From NCBI GenBank assembly GCA_002633005.1, contig NMRA01000237.1, forward strand, positions 186,001-250,000: a DNA stretch of 64,000 nucleotides, in the 5' to 3' direction. The DNA is from Phoronis australis (Eukaryota > Animalia > Phoronida). The translations under genes and the position numbers were made by a program. Positions 13,421 through 26,662 of the stretch are shown piece by piece. Under the pieces are notes generated by a model that worked only from the letters and a program-made list of their open reading frames with translations, was not told the DNA's origin and did not search any database. Position 1 is the first letter of the stretch; every line of letters starts with the position of its first letter.

Positions 13421-13548
13421 GGGCTCGATTTATGAAGCTTGTCTTTAGTCTTAAAGTTGGTCAGTGGTGTTATGTCAACACCATTGCACGATTTTATTGG
13501 TCATGATGCCTTTGTAACAGAACATAGTGGTTTCATGAAACGTAGTCC
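13421..13548. mobile_element. Possible Harbinger/Tourist-like MITE remnant
   Basis: Imperfect inverted termini gggctcgatttatgaagc / gtttcatgaaacgtagtcc. Confidence 0.35.
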
Positions 13549-13685
13549 TATATAAGATTTGCAGATGCACTACAAACCGTACAATTACATGACTAAAAAC
13601 TGCATTGGACAAATCAAACTCTTACTATGAAATTTCAAAGCACTATTCAATGTTCATGAAAACCACCACATCAATGATGTTGTAG

Positions 13686-13834
13686 CTGAACCTGACAGTA
13701 ATGTTGAAATTGAGGTCAAAACAGAGGTCACGACCCCAGCTGTGGAGCTCGCGACACATGAAAGTGAAGCCACCTTCGTGCTTGAAAAGGAGGCTGAAGA
13801 GCAACCTGTTGTGGTGGAGGCTGTCACCATTGAG
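13686..13834 (+). CDS. Acidic linker exon (phase 1-0)
   Basis: AEPDSNVEIEVKTEVTTPAVEL...EAVTIE|gttagt. Required to bridge to the phase-0 acceptor at 14672. An alternative in-frame acceptor exists at 13641. Confidence 0.8.
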
Positions 13835-14671
13835 GTTAGTGTCCAGATAGATGATGCTAACGGGACTCATTTTAGAAAAATATTTTCTTGCATCTAGTTG
13901 ATCTCAGATGAATGTTCTGTACCTATGACTTGATACAGAATTTCCTGATTGAATTATAGTGATCTGCTTGACTAGTCATAATTTCCTACCAGGAAATGTA
14001 ATATACCTTTGGTGTGGGTACACAAATAAAATGAATCTTGCTCTCTTTTTTCTAATTGAAACTAGGAAGAATTGATCATTCATGAGTGAATTTTGCCTTT
14101 GGACAACATCCTAATAAGCCAAAACTTAACTGTTAAGCTGCATTTTGCCACTTTTTGTCTGCCAATGAATAATTTTTAATAAATAGGTTTAAATTATTGT
14201 TTTCTTGAGACACTGGCGGTTTCGATGTTTTTTTTTTGGTGACGGTAAATGAATCCCAATATGGCTAAGGAATATTGTGGGGCCCATTTTGTGAAAGTAA
14301 AAAGCCCAATTTGATTTTCACTTTTGCCATCTAAACAGACCAAAACATGTCTTTAAATAATGATGTGCAAAACTGCCGTTGATTATTGTATATTAATTTC
14401 GTAACATGTGTCCATTGAAGCAATGCAATCTGCTATCTTTAGGACAAATGAAAATATTGTGATGTTTATCAAAGTGTCTGTGTCCAGTTTATCTGTGAAT
14501 TGGAAATGTTTGTAACGTGACTCACACTTGTTTCCTTTTCAGGACGCCAAGCCACCCTGCTTAATGGAAATGCTACTTACTTGACCCATTTATTGGTCCG
14601 TTTCCATGAAATAAAGCAACGTTGCCTATTGGAAATGTTTGATATGTGACCCATGTTTATTCCCTTTCCAG

Positions 14672-14996
14672 GAAACCAAGCCGCAGGATGTAGTTGTTGA
14701 GATCAGAGAAGCTGCATCACCCATGTTCACAATTGCCTTGAATGACATCACCATTGACGAAGGACAACCCCTCAAACTTGAATGTCAAGTCACTGGTCAA
14801 CCAACTCCAACTGTCTCCTGGTTCTTAGATGACATTGAAGTGAATGACACCACGCTGTATACGATTGAGACATCAGATAATGGTGTGTGTCGCCTGGCCG
14901 TTAAGGAGGCTTTCCCGGATGATGAAGGAGTCTATGCCTGTAAGGCTGTCAATGAGCACGGAGAGGCATTCACCTCTGCCGAAGTTCTTGTTAAAG
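14672..14996 (+). CDS. Ig domain 3
   Basis: ccctttccag|GAA; SPMFTIAL...AFPDDEGVYACKAVNEHG; AAAG|gtaatg. Confidence 0.93.
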
Positions 14997-15521
14997 GTAA
15001 TGGTGGGCTGAAAGTTTGATTTTGAAACAGTGCTGTTACTTTGAAAGAGCAAATGCACTTGTGACAAAATTACATGTATTTGGTGGTTTACAGTCACTTT
15101 AAATACGTCCAACAACAAAACAGCTGTGACTTGTTTCGTTTTGTACGCAAAAACAAAGTCATTGCGTATGGATATGATGTATATACTTGTGTCACTGAAT
15201 TTTTTTAATTTCAACCACATCTTGCCATACGTTCTACAGTACTATCTTATAAGATTTTCACATTTGGAATTTTGTAGAGTGCATGAGAGTCACCTAACAT
15301 TTGTCTGGTTAGCAGGACAAATCAATATGGGAGTGGTTTTCTGACTTAAAAACATGATAATCTGACTCATCTTAAGACATACAGGTGACTTGTAGGACGA
15401 AAGTTGTATCTAGAATATGCCACACACAGTCTTTGAGCTGATATCTTCCTATGTCTTGGGAATTAAACTTTCCGTTAACAGATTTTGTGGTACCAAATGA
15501 ACATAATTTCATATTAATCAG

Positions 15522-15631
15522 AACTTCCCGAGACCTCTGAAGATCTTGGTCCACAAACTACAGAAGTGTCTATGACAGTACCAGATGTAACAGAGGAAGA
15601 AGTTGTCGCTGTAGATCTTCCAGCTACTGAG
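15522..15631 (+). CDS. Acidic linker exon (phase 1-0)
   Basis: attaatcag|AA; ELPETSEDLGPQTTEVSMTVPDVTEEEVVAVDLPATE|gtagga. Bridges to the phase-0 acceptor at 16465. Confidence 0.85.
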
Positions 15632-16464
15632 GTAGGACCTGTTTGAGAATTGCTTTGTCATTTTCTTGTCTTAGTAGTTTTATTTCGTTGATGTAACCAA
15701 AGTGGCAAGCTGATCTCGCATTGGGCATCAGTTGATTAAGGGGTGTCCCATGCTCATCTCAGTGAGGAAAGCACAAAAAGTCAATGTTACAGGCTTCATT
15801 ATTTATATCACAAAGTGAAAAAATATACCGTACAGTTTTTTACTTGTTTCTCATGAGACATCAGAAGGGGGTGATCACGATGAAAATTTGTCTCAAGGAA
15901 AAGTTGCTGCTTAGATACTCTAATAATTTAGTACCAGTCCTGTCAAGCTCGTTAGACAACTTCCTGACATATTGATGAAGCAAAGCACTTACAGTGATCA
16001 GAAAATGATCGCGCAAAGGATATTTTGAGACACGTCTCATCAGAACTTTGTACTCGAAATAGAACTTGATATTTTGACATTTTCTGTTCTACTTTTGTGC
16101 AAACTCAAGATAAGTGTCATTTTTTCTCTGCTTATGACTGCTATGGTTTGCGCTGGTGTGAGTGTCTGTTCCAAGATTGCAAATAATGACCTACAATTTT
16201 GTGTTATAAACTTGAATAAAAACTTGTAAAAATGCAAAATTTCAGATTCAAACTTATAGCATTAGTGCTGCTGTCATCAAATGCAAGCCAAGATGAGACA
16301 GTTATCCACATTAACCATGATGTAGTCAAGAACAGAATAACAGACACTTATCTTGAGCTCAAACAAAAGTCCAAAATAACTTTGAGTTTGATTTCAAGTA
16401 CAATTCTTAGACCCTGCGCCCAGATATCTGGCTTATATTTACCGACCTATTGCTGTATATTCAG

Positions 16465-16786
16465 GTTGTTGAAGAAAAGATAGTCCAGTCAAAAGTTGAA
16501 GGAGTTGCTCCAACCTTCACTGTACCATTGAAGAACGTTGAAGTAAGTGAAGGTGAACCTCTTCTTCTTGAGACTGTCGTCACTGGCGAACCTTTTCCTG
16601 AGGTGTCCTGGTATCTCGATGAGGAATTGCTGAGTGACACTACGTTGTACAAGTTTGTTGTAACTAAGGAGGGCCGGTGCACCCTGGAAGTTTCTGAAAC
16701 GTTCTCTGAAGACAAGGGGGTCTACGAATGCCGTGCAGTTAATGAATTCGGGAAAGCAATGACAGCAGCTGATGTCTTGATCAGAG
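16465..16786 (+). CDS. Ig domain 4
   Basis: tattcag|GTT; APTFTVPL...EDKGVYECRAVNEFG; AGAG|gtaatt. Confidence 0.93.
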
Positions 16787-16965
16787 GTAATTTTTCTGCC
16801 ATCTTTAGGAGCCCCTCGATTCACATCAAATGGTGTTTTCCTGTGACATCTCCAAGTTGAGTTGTTTTCATCTGTTCAGTTACAATTGTGTGAAACCTTT
16901 TTGTTCTCTATACTCAAGGTAAAAAAGTCTGAAATCACATTCCCTTTGCTGTGTCTGCACCTTAA

Positions 16966-17493
16966 AGGTTATGTAGGACCCTAGAAAAATGACCGAACTT
17001 GGCATACTACGGAACATCATATCTCACAAATGGGTGATCAGATTCATTTGAAAATTTGAGATGCTATGGTTTATGCGCTGTTCTCCAATATGCTGTTAGA
17101 ATGTTCCGTTTTTGCATATAAGTGGATTTCAAAAATAGGACCTTTATTATTTTCATGAAAAAAATCAAAAGTTGCATAAAATGAAAGCAAAATGTTATTT
17201 TAGAAATCTGTTATTTTGTTTTTGAAATTTTATCTTGGATATTTCCATCAAGCAATATTGGGTCACGTCAGTGATGTCTCCGGTTGGTTATCAGTGCATC
17301 TTTCCTTTTTGCTAAATTTTAGTAAAAAGATATGGTTGCATGACCCAAGTGCTTGTATATTGGTATAAAGTCACAAATCAAATCTACACGCTTTCTGTTT
17401 TCAGCAAATATATACGTTTACTCAGTTAAGTTCTATAGTATTGTAGAGTTTTGGCTTAATACACGGACTTGTCTATAAGGTCCTACATAACCT
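16966..17493 (+). mobile_element. MITE with (A)GGTTATGTAGGACC terminal inverted repeats in a TTAA-like context (Kolobok-like)
   Basis: ttaaaggttatgtaggacc ... ggtcctacataacctttac. Related copies at 10755, 45430 and 50392. Confidence 0.8.
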
Positions 17494-17983
17494 TTACTTT
17501 TGTAACATTTTTGTATTTCAAAGCACCTGAATGAATATGAGTTATGTACTTGTTATTCATTAATATGTGGAGGCACATCAACTGTCACTGTTTCCGTATT
17601 TGATAACCAGTGTGAATTGTTTTTCACCATTTGATCACAAGTGTGTGAAACCTTGCCAACTTTTTCTTTTGCACCAATATTTCTGAAAGTGATTTCCTTT
17701 TTCCTATTTCTGCACTGATGTCCATGTCAATATCAGATTCGAATATCTTGACTGAATATGAGTTCCTTATACGCTCCCTTTGGTTTCATTTGAATTCACT
17801 AGCAAACTCCACCTGAATTACCCTGATCTTCCACTGTGTCATTTTCACGTTTTCCTGTTTCTTTTGCAGTTTCTTCACTGATAAAAAGTCTGAATATTGT
17901 TTATTTGTGTGACTACTCATTTCACTGAATTTTCTTTCCATCTGTCTTAAATCTTCATGCACCTCTTTCTTAACAACACATAG

Positions 17984-20900
17984 ATGAACAACATATACAG
18001 GGTGTGGAGGATGCTCCAGAACAAGAGCCTGATCTTCAGACATTGCAACAAAGACAAGAATCATCTGCAAGTATTCTCGTATTGGGACCAGGAGTCAGCT
18101 CAACCGTTCATACATTTGTCGATGAACAGCGAGGCTCCGTGACATTAGAACTCTCTACTGGAGTTCCAGACAAAGAAGCTCATGAAATGAGTGAACTGGA
18201 GGTCGGTGTTCCTTTGGAAAAGACAGAAGTACCATCTTGCACTGAACCGTTTGCTGTGGAGCATCAGGAATCGGCTTCTCGAGACCATTCAGCCGATGTG
18301 ACTGACTCTGAAACAATGATTCCAAGTGAGCAACAATTTAAAATGGAATTACAAACTAATGTGAGCACATCTCCTGCTAAATCATTTGTCACAGAGCGGC
18401 AGGCGTCCGTTGCTCTTGAGGTGACAACAGAGGTAGCAGACAGTGACCATGACACTCTTAGCACTCAAGAGTTCAAAGTGCAGTTAAGAAGAACAGATGA
18501 AAGGTTCCCTGTTGGGTCCTTTGTCAAAGAAGATCAGAAAACCGTCCCCCTTGAGCTTACAGATGATGCAGTCGACACAGAAATCGACACTTCAACTGAA
18601 GAGGTGGTTCAAGTTCAACTGGAAAGAACTGAGATGGTGCCTGCTGTTGAGTCAAGTGTCAAAGAACAACTAGAACCTCTTCATAAGGAATACACAACTC
18701 AGTTACCAGACAATGAGACTGACATGCCCAGTGAACAAGACATTGATGTCACTTTGAAGAGAACTGATGAACACAAGCCTGTTGAGTCCTTTGTCAAAGA
18801 ACAGGAACAATTTCCTTCTGAAGAAGACACTGCTCTGGTTCCTCAGACAGAAATAAACATGTCCAGTGGACAAGATGTTGATGTCGACTTGGAGAGAACA
18901 GACAAACTTTCTGTGATTGAATCTTATGTCAAAGAACAACATGAGACTGTATTAGAAGATCAGACATCAGATGTTGAAGTTACTGACACTGAAATGTCCA
19001 GTGAAGTAGAAATCAACGTTAGCCTGGAGACAGCTGACAAACCTGTTTCCATTGATCTTTTTGTCAAAGAGCAACAGAATTTGACTCCTCAAGATTTCTC
19101 TTCTGATGTAGAAGACACTTTATCTGACATATCAGGTGAACATGGTGTTGTCATCGACACTGAAAAACCAGACACAGTGTCTGCTTTTGAGTTCTGTGTC
19201 AAAGAACAGCACCAATCTGAAGCTGGAGAACTTTCTTCAGCAGTTACCGATACTGAAATTGAAATACCCATTGATTCTTTAGTTAAAGAACAGCACAAAT
19301 CTGTTTTATCAGAAGGGACGACAGACATTGTAGAAACTGACACTGGCTTGCCAAGTGAACAAGTGACTGAAGTCACTTTGGAAAGAAGTGTAGAAGACAC
19401 AGAAGCTGAAGTTCCAAGTGAACAAGGTCTTGTCATCATCCATGAAAAACCCGAAACAGTATCTGTTGCTGAATCATTTATCAAGGAACAGGAACAATCT
19501 CTTCCCCAAGAAGCTCTATCTTTGGTGCCAGACACTGAAACTGACACTCCCACTGAGCATGCCATTGGTATCAGCTTAGACATAACTATCCAAGACAATG
19601 CTGTTGAGTGTTTTGTCAAAGAACAAGAGCAATCTCTTCCTCAAGAAGACACTACTGTGGTACCTAAAGCTGAATTAGAAATATCCAGTATGCAAGATGC
19701 TGACATCAGCCTAAAGAGCACTGACAAAGGCTCTACTGTTGAGTCTAATGTCAAAGAACAACAACTGTCTGTTCCCCAAGACGACATTGCCCAGGTACCT
19801 CAGACTGGATTGGATGAATCTATTGAACAAGATGTTGATGTTATATTAGAGACCACTGACAAACATACTGCTGTTGAGTCATTTGTTAAAGAACACCAAC
19901 AACATGATATTGTTTCACAAGATCTGACAGATGTTGCTGTTGCTGACACTGAAAAATCCAATGAAGTTGAGACTAAAGTTAGCTTTGAGGCAGCTGAAAA
20001 ACCTAGTAGTATTGAGTTATTTGTCAAAGAGCAATACAAACCTGCACCTCTAGAGCTGTCATCTGATGTGGAAGACAACGTGGTTGACACATCAGCTGCA
20101 GAGGATGTTGTTATTGATTACAAAAAACATGACACGGTGTCTGCTTTTGACTTCTTTGTGAAAGAGCAACATCAGTTGCTTTCTCCAGATGACAGTACTT
20201 TGGTTCCAAACACTGAAACTGTTGTAACCAGTGAGCAAGTCATTGAAGTCAGCTTAGAAAAAACTGACAAAATTTCTCCTGTTGAGTCTTTTACAAAAGA
20301 GCAACAGCAGTCTCTTTCGGTAGAGGATATTTGTTTGGTGCAAGACACTGAGACTGGTATGACTATTGAAAAAGTTATAGACACCAACTTAGAGAGAACT
20401 GAGAAAGATTCTACTGTTGAGTCATTTGTCAAAGAAGAAGAACAAACTCTTCCTAAAGAAGATACTACCATGGTACCTGAGACTGTAACGGACATATCTA
20501 GTCTGCAAGATGTTGATGTCAGCTTGGAAAGAACTGAGAAAGGTACTACTACTGTTGAGTCTTATGTCAGAGAACAACAGCAATCTGTTCCACAAGAAGA
20601 CATCTCTGAGGTGCTTGAGACTGGAATGGATGAGTCTATTGAGCAAGGTGTTGATGTCATCTTACAGAAAACGGAGAAAGATACGGCTGTTGAGTCATTT
20701 GTTAAAGAACAACATGATATTGTTTCACAAGATCAGACAGCTGATGTTGATGTTGCTGACACTGAACAATTCAGTGGAGTTGACATTGAAGTTAGCTTTG
20801 GGACAGCTGAAAAACCTGCAAGCATCGAGTTATTTGTCAAGGAACAACACACATCTGCACCTCAAGAACTGTCATCTAATGTAGAAGACAATGTGGTTGA

Positions 20901-23900
20901 CACGTCAGCTGCAGAAGATGTTGTTATTGATTACAAAAAACATGACACGGTGTCTGCTTTTGACTTCTTTGTGAAAGAACAACATCAATCTCTTTCTCCG
21001 GATGACAGCACCTTAGTACCCGACACTGAAACTGACATAACCAGTGGCGAAGTTGTTGAAGTCAGCTTGGATAAAACTGACAAACTTTCTCCTGTTGAAT
21101 CTTTTACAAATGAACAACAACAGCATCTTTCGGCAGAAGACATTACTTTGGTGGCAGACACTGAGACTGATATGTTTTTTGAAAAAGTTATAGACAGGAA
21201 CTTAGAGAGAACTGAGAAAGATTCTACTGTTGAGTCTTTTGTCAAAGAAGAAGAAACTCTTCCTCAAGAAGAGACTACCATGGTACCTGAGACTGTAACA
21301 GACATATCTAGTCTGCAAGATGTTGATGTCAGCTTGGAAAGAACTGAGAAAGGTACTGCTGTTGAGTCTTATGTCAGAGAACCACACCAACCTCTTCCAC
21401 AAGAAGACATCACCGAGGTTCTCGAGACTGGAATGGATGAGTCTATTAAACAAGATGTTGATGTCTTCTTACTGCAAACGGAAAAAGATACGGCTGTTGA
21501 GTCATTTGTTAAAGAACAACATGATATTGTTTCACAAGATCAGACAGCTGAAGTTGATGTAGCTGACACTGAACAATTCAGTGGAGTTGACATTGAAGTT
21601 AGCTTTGAGACAGCTGACAAACCTGCAAGCATTGAGTTATTTGTCAAAGAGCAACAGAAATCTGAACCTCAAGAACTCTCGTCTGATGTAGAAGACAATG
21701 AGGTTGATACATCAGCTGTAGAAGATGTTGTTATTGATTACAAAAAACATGGCACAGTGTCTGCTTTCGACTTTTTTGTTAAAGAACAACGTGAGTCTCT
21801 TTCTCAGGATGACAGTAACTTGGTACCAGACACTGAAACTGACATGACCATTGTGGAAGTTGTTGAAGTCAGCTTGGAAAGAACTGACAAATTTTCTCCT
21901 GTTGACTCGTTAACAAAAGAGCAACAACAACCTCTTTCGGCAGAGGACATTACTTTGGTGCCTGACACTGAGACACATATATCTATTGAAAAAGTCGTAG
22001 ATACCAACTTAGAGAGCACTGGGAAAGATTCTGCTGTTGAGTCTTTTGTCAAAGAAGAGCAACAGACTCTTCCTCAAGAAGACACTGTCATAGTACCTGA
22101 GACTGTAACGGACATATCCAGTCAGCAAGATGTTGATGTCAGCTTGGAAAGAACTGAGAAAGGTACTACTGTTGAGTCTTATGTCAGAGAACAACAGCAA
22201 TCTGTTCCACAAGAAGACATCTCTGAGGTGCGTGAGACTGGAATGGATGAGTCTATTGAGCAAGGTGTTGATGTTGTCTTACAGAAAACGGAGAAAGATA
22301 CGGCTGTTGAGTCTTTTGTCAAAGAACAACATGATATTGTTTCACAAGATCAGACAGCTGAAGTTGATGTAGCTGACACTGAACAATTCAGTGGAGTTGA
22401 CATTGAAGTTAGCTTTGAGACAGCTGACAAACCTGCAAGCATTGAGTTATTTGTCAAAGAACAGCACACATCTGCACCTCAAGAACTGTCATCTGATGTA
22501 GAAGACAATGTGGTTGACACATCAGCTGCAGAAGATGTTGTTATTGATTACAAAAAACATGACACGATGTCTGCTTTTGACTTCTTTGTGAAAGAACAAC
22601 ATCAATCTCTTTCTCCGGATGACAGCACCTTAGTACCGGACACTGAAACTGACATAACCAGTGGGGAAGTTGTTGAAGTCAGCCTGGAAAGAACTGACAA
22701 ATTTTCTCCTGTTGAGTCGTTAACAAAAGAGCAACAACAACCTCTTTCGGCAGAGGACATTACTTTGGTGCCTGACACTGAGACACATATATCTGTTGAA
22801 AAAGTCGTAGATAACAACTTAGAGAGAACTGAGAAAGATTCTACTGTTGAGTCTTTTGTCAAAGAAGAGCAACAGACTCTTCCTCAAGAAGACACTGTCA
22901 TAGTACCTGAGACTGTAACGGACATATCCAGTCTGCAAGATGTTGATGTCAGCTTGGAAAGAACTGAGAAAGGTACTACTGTTGAGTCTTATGTCAGAGA
23001 ACAACAGCAATCTGTTCCACAAGAAGACATCTCTGAGGTGCTTGAGACTGGAATGGATGAGTCTATTGAGCAAGGTGTTGATGTTGTCTTACAGAAAACG
23101 GAGAAAGATACGGCTGTTGAGTCTTTTGTCAAAGAACAACATGATATTGTTTCACAAGATCAGACAGCTGAAGTTGATGTAGCTGACACTGAACAATCCA
23201 GTGGAGTTAACATTGAAGTTAGCTTTGAGACAGCTGACAAACCTGCAAGCATTGAGTTATTTGTCAAAGAACAGCACACATCTGCACCTCAAGAACTGTC
23301 ATCTGATGTAGAAGACAATGTGGTTGACACATCAGCTGCAGAAGATGTTTTTATTGATTACAAAAAACATGACACGGTGTCGGCTTTTGACTTCTTTGTG
23401 AAAGAGCAACATCAATCTCTTTCTCCGGATGACAGTACTTTGGTACCTGACACTGAAACTGATGTAACCAGTGAGCAAGTCGTTGAAGTCAGCTTTGATA
23501 GATCTGACATGCTTTCTTCTGTTGAGTCTTTAACGAAAGAGCAACAACAATCTCTTTTGGCAGAGGACATTACTTTGTTGCCAGACACTGAAACTGATAG
23601 AACTATTGTAGAAGTCATTGACACTAGCTTAGAGAGAACTGACGAAGATACTACTTTTGAGTCTTTTGTCAGAGAACAACAACAATCTCTTCCTGAAGAA
23701 TACACGTCTATTGTGCCTGAGACAGAAAGGGACATATCCAACCAGCAAGTTGTTGACGTTAGCTTTGAGAGAACCAAGAAAGGTACTACTGTTGAGTCAT
23801 TTGTCAAAGAACAACAACAAATTCTTCCTCAAGAGGACACCGCCCTTGTGCCTGAGACTGAATTGGATGAGTCCAGTGAAAAATATGTTGATGCAAGCTT

Positions 23901-26662
23901 GGAGAGAACGGACGAGCGTACTGTTGTTGTCTCTTTTGTCAAAGAACAGCAGGAGATTGTTTCACAAGAATACACTGATTTGGTGCCACAGACTGAAGTG
24001 GAGGTTTCCAGTGAACAAGATTTCAAAGTCAGCTTAGAAAGAACTGATGAACGCACTGCTTTTGAATCTTTTGTGAAAGCACAACATGAGACTTATTCAG
24101 AAGATCAGGCATCAGATGTTGCTGTACTTGAAACTGAAAAATCCAATCAAATTGATACTGAAGTGACTTTAGAGAAAATGGACCAACATGTTAGCACTGA
24201 GTCAATGGTCAAAGAGCAACAGCATTTTCTTTCTCCAGAAGACAGTAACGTTGTACCAGACACTGATACTGACATAGCAAGTGAACATTTCATTGATGTC
24301 AGCTTGGATAGAACTGTCGAAGATATTATTGTTGAGTCTTTCGTCAAAGAACAACTGCAATCTCTTTCTCAAGGAGAAACTGGCCTGGTACCAGAGACTG
24401 AACTTGACGTGTCCAGTGTACAAGATGTTGATGTCAATTTGGAAAGAACTGGCGAACGTTTCACTGTTGAGACTTTTGTCAAAGAACAAGAGCAGCCTAA
24501 TACCCAAGAAGGCACGAACCTGGTACTAGAGACTGAAATTGATATGTCCAGCGAAAAAGATGTTGACCTCAGCTTGGAGAGACCTGAAAAGGGTACTGTT
24601 GTTGAATCTTATGTCAAAGAACAAGTTGAGACTGCTCGACAAGATCAATCATCAACTGTTGTAATTACTGACACTGAAAACTTGAGTGAAGTAGAAATTG
24701 AAGTGATCTTGGAGAAAACGGACCAACCTGTAAGCATTGTTTCGTTTGTCAAAGAACAACTCAAATCTACACCCCAAGAACTGTCATCTGATGTAGAGGA
24801 TACTGTAGCTGACACATCACTTGAGCAAGATGTTGTCATTGACTACGAAAAAACTGATTCCGTTTCTGCTATTGACTCATTTGTGAAGGAGCAAGAGCCA
24901 TCCCATTCGTCAGAAGATAGCACTTCAGTACCAGAGACAGAGACTGACATTTCCAGTGCGCTAGACTTTGATGTCAGCTTACAGAGAACTGGGAAAGGTA
25001 CTGCTGTAGAATCTTTTGTTAAGGAACAACGACAGTTTGTTCCCCATGACGACTCTGTTCTTTTACCAGAGACTGGTATTGATGAGTCAAGTGAGCAAGA
25101 TGTTGACTTTAGCTTGGAAGAAATTATCGAAAACCCTGCGGTTGAGTCCTTCATCAAAGAACAGCATGAGGTTGTTTCACAAGAAGACACTGTCATGGTA
25201 CCAGAGACTGAAACAGATGTGTCTAGTAGACAAGATATTGATGTCGAGTTAGAGAAACCTGAAAAATATTCTATTGTTGAATCTAATGTCAAAGAACAAC
25301 TTGATACTGTTCCAGAAGATCAGCTCACTGATATTGCTGTTACTGAGTCTGAAAAATCCAATGAAGTAGACACTGAAGTGAGCTTAGAGAAACTGGATCA
25401 ACTTGTAAATGTTGAGTTCTTTGCCAAAGAGCAAGACCAGCCTCTTTCTTTAGACAACACTGCTTCTGTACCAGACACTGAAACTGATGTAACCAGTGAG
25501 CAAGTCTTTGGTGTTGACTTAGAAAGAACTGACAAAGAAGCTGCTGTTGAGTCTTTTGTTAAAGAACAACAGCAATTCGTTCCCCAGGAGGATTTTACTC
25601 TGGTGCCAGAGACTAAAACGGACGTGTCCAGTGCGAAGGATGTTGACGTCAGCTTAAAAGTAACTGACAAACATACTGTTCAGTCTTTTGTGAAAGAACT
25701 GCTTGAGACAGTTCCACAACATCAGATAACAGATGTTGCAGTTACTGACATGGAAAAATCCGGTGAAGTGGAGATCAAAATTAACCTGGGGACAGTTGAC
25801 AAACCTGTTGGTGTTGAGCTGTATGTCAAGGAACAAGAGGAGTTGGCTCCTCAAGAACTGTCTACTGTTGTTGAAGGCACTGACACTGACATATCACGTC
25901 AACAGGATGTTGTCATCGACTATGAAGAAACAGATGCAGTGTCTGCTTTTGAGTTCTTTGTCAAAGAACAACACCAGTCTGATACTGGAGAACTTGCTTC
26001 AGTAGTAACTAAGACTGAAATTGAAATACCAAGAGAACAAGATGTTGAAATCAGCTTTGAGAGAACTGAAAAACCAGTTGCTGTTGAATCTTTTGTTAAA
26101 GAGCAACAGGAATCTGTTTTCCCAAAAGGGACAACAGACGTTACAGGAACTGACACTGGCTTGCCCAGTGAAGAAGTGGTGGAAGTCACTTTGGAAAAAA
26201 GTGATGAACAGTCTTTCGCTGTGTCATTTGTCAAAGATCGGCAAAAGTCTGCTTCTGAAGAACTGTTGACTAACGTTGAAGACACAGAAACCGAAGTTCC
26301 ATGTGAACAAGATGTTGTCATCAAGTTTGAGAAGCCTGAAACAGTGCCTGCTGCTGAATTATTTGTTGAGCAGCAACACGAGCCTTCTGTGCAAGAACAA
26401 GATAGTGTTGTAACTGATATAAAATCAGAGTCTAAACAACAAGATATTGAAATCAGGTTAGAGACAACTGACAAACCTCATACTGTTGAGGCTTATACAA
26501 AAGAACACCAGGTGACAGTTCCACAGGAACAAACAACTCCCCATGCCATTGTTTCCGATATCAATGTTGAGACGACAACAGTGGTTGAAGATCAGATTCC
26601 GAAAGTTGACAAGGAGTTGCATCCTGTGCAGGTGACCACGGTGATCTCAAGTGACCAGAAAG
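17984..26662 (+). CDS. Giant exon B (8,679 nt, 2,893 codons, phase 1-1): almost entirely 45-aa ESFVKEQ repeats
   Basis: ORF 18004-26715. Acceptor acacatag|AT after a pyrimidine tract. Donor AAAG|gtacaa is weak, but composition changes immediately after it. Confidence 0.88.
19900..23700 (+). repeat. Higher-order coding repeat, about 810 nt (270 aa = 6 x 45 aa), about 4.7 copies
   Basis: Anchor D/G-T-V/M-SAFDFFVKEQ at 20131, 20944, 21751, 22561 and 23371 (spacings 813, 807, 810, 810). Confidence 0.95.

Noticed and set aside
935-26474. Many minus-strand and alternate-frame ORFs (S/T/V/C-rich or L/K/N-rich) over exons A and B
   Set aside because: They are shadows of the repetitive, codon-biased + strand frame and have no independent domain or splice signals.
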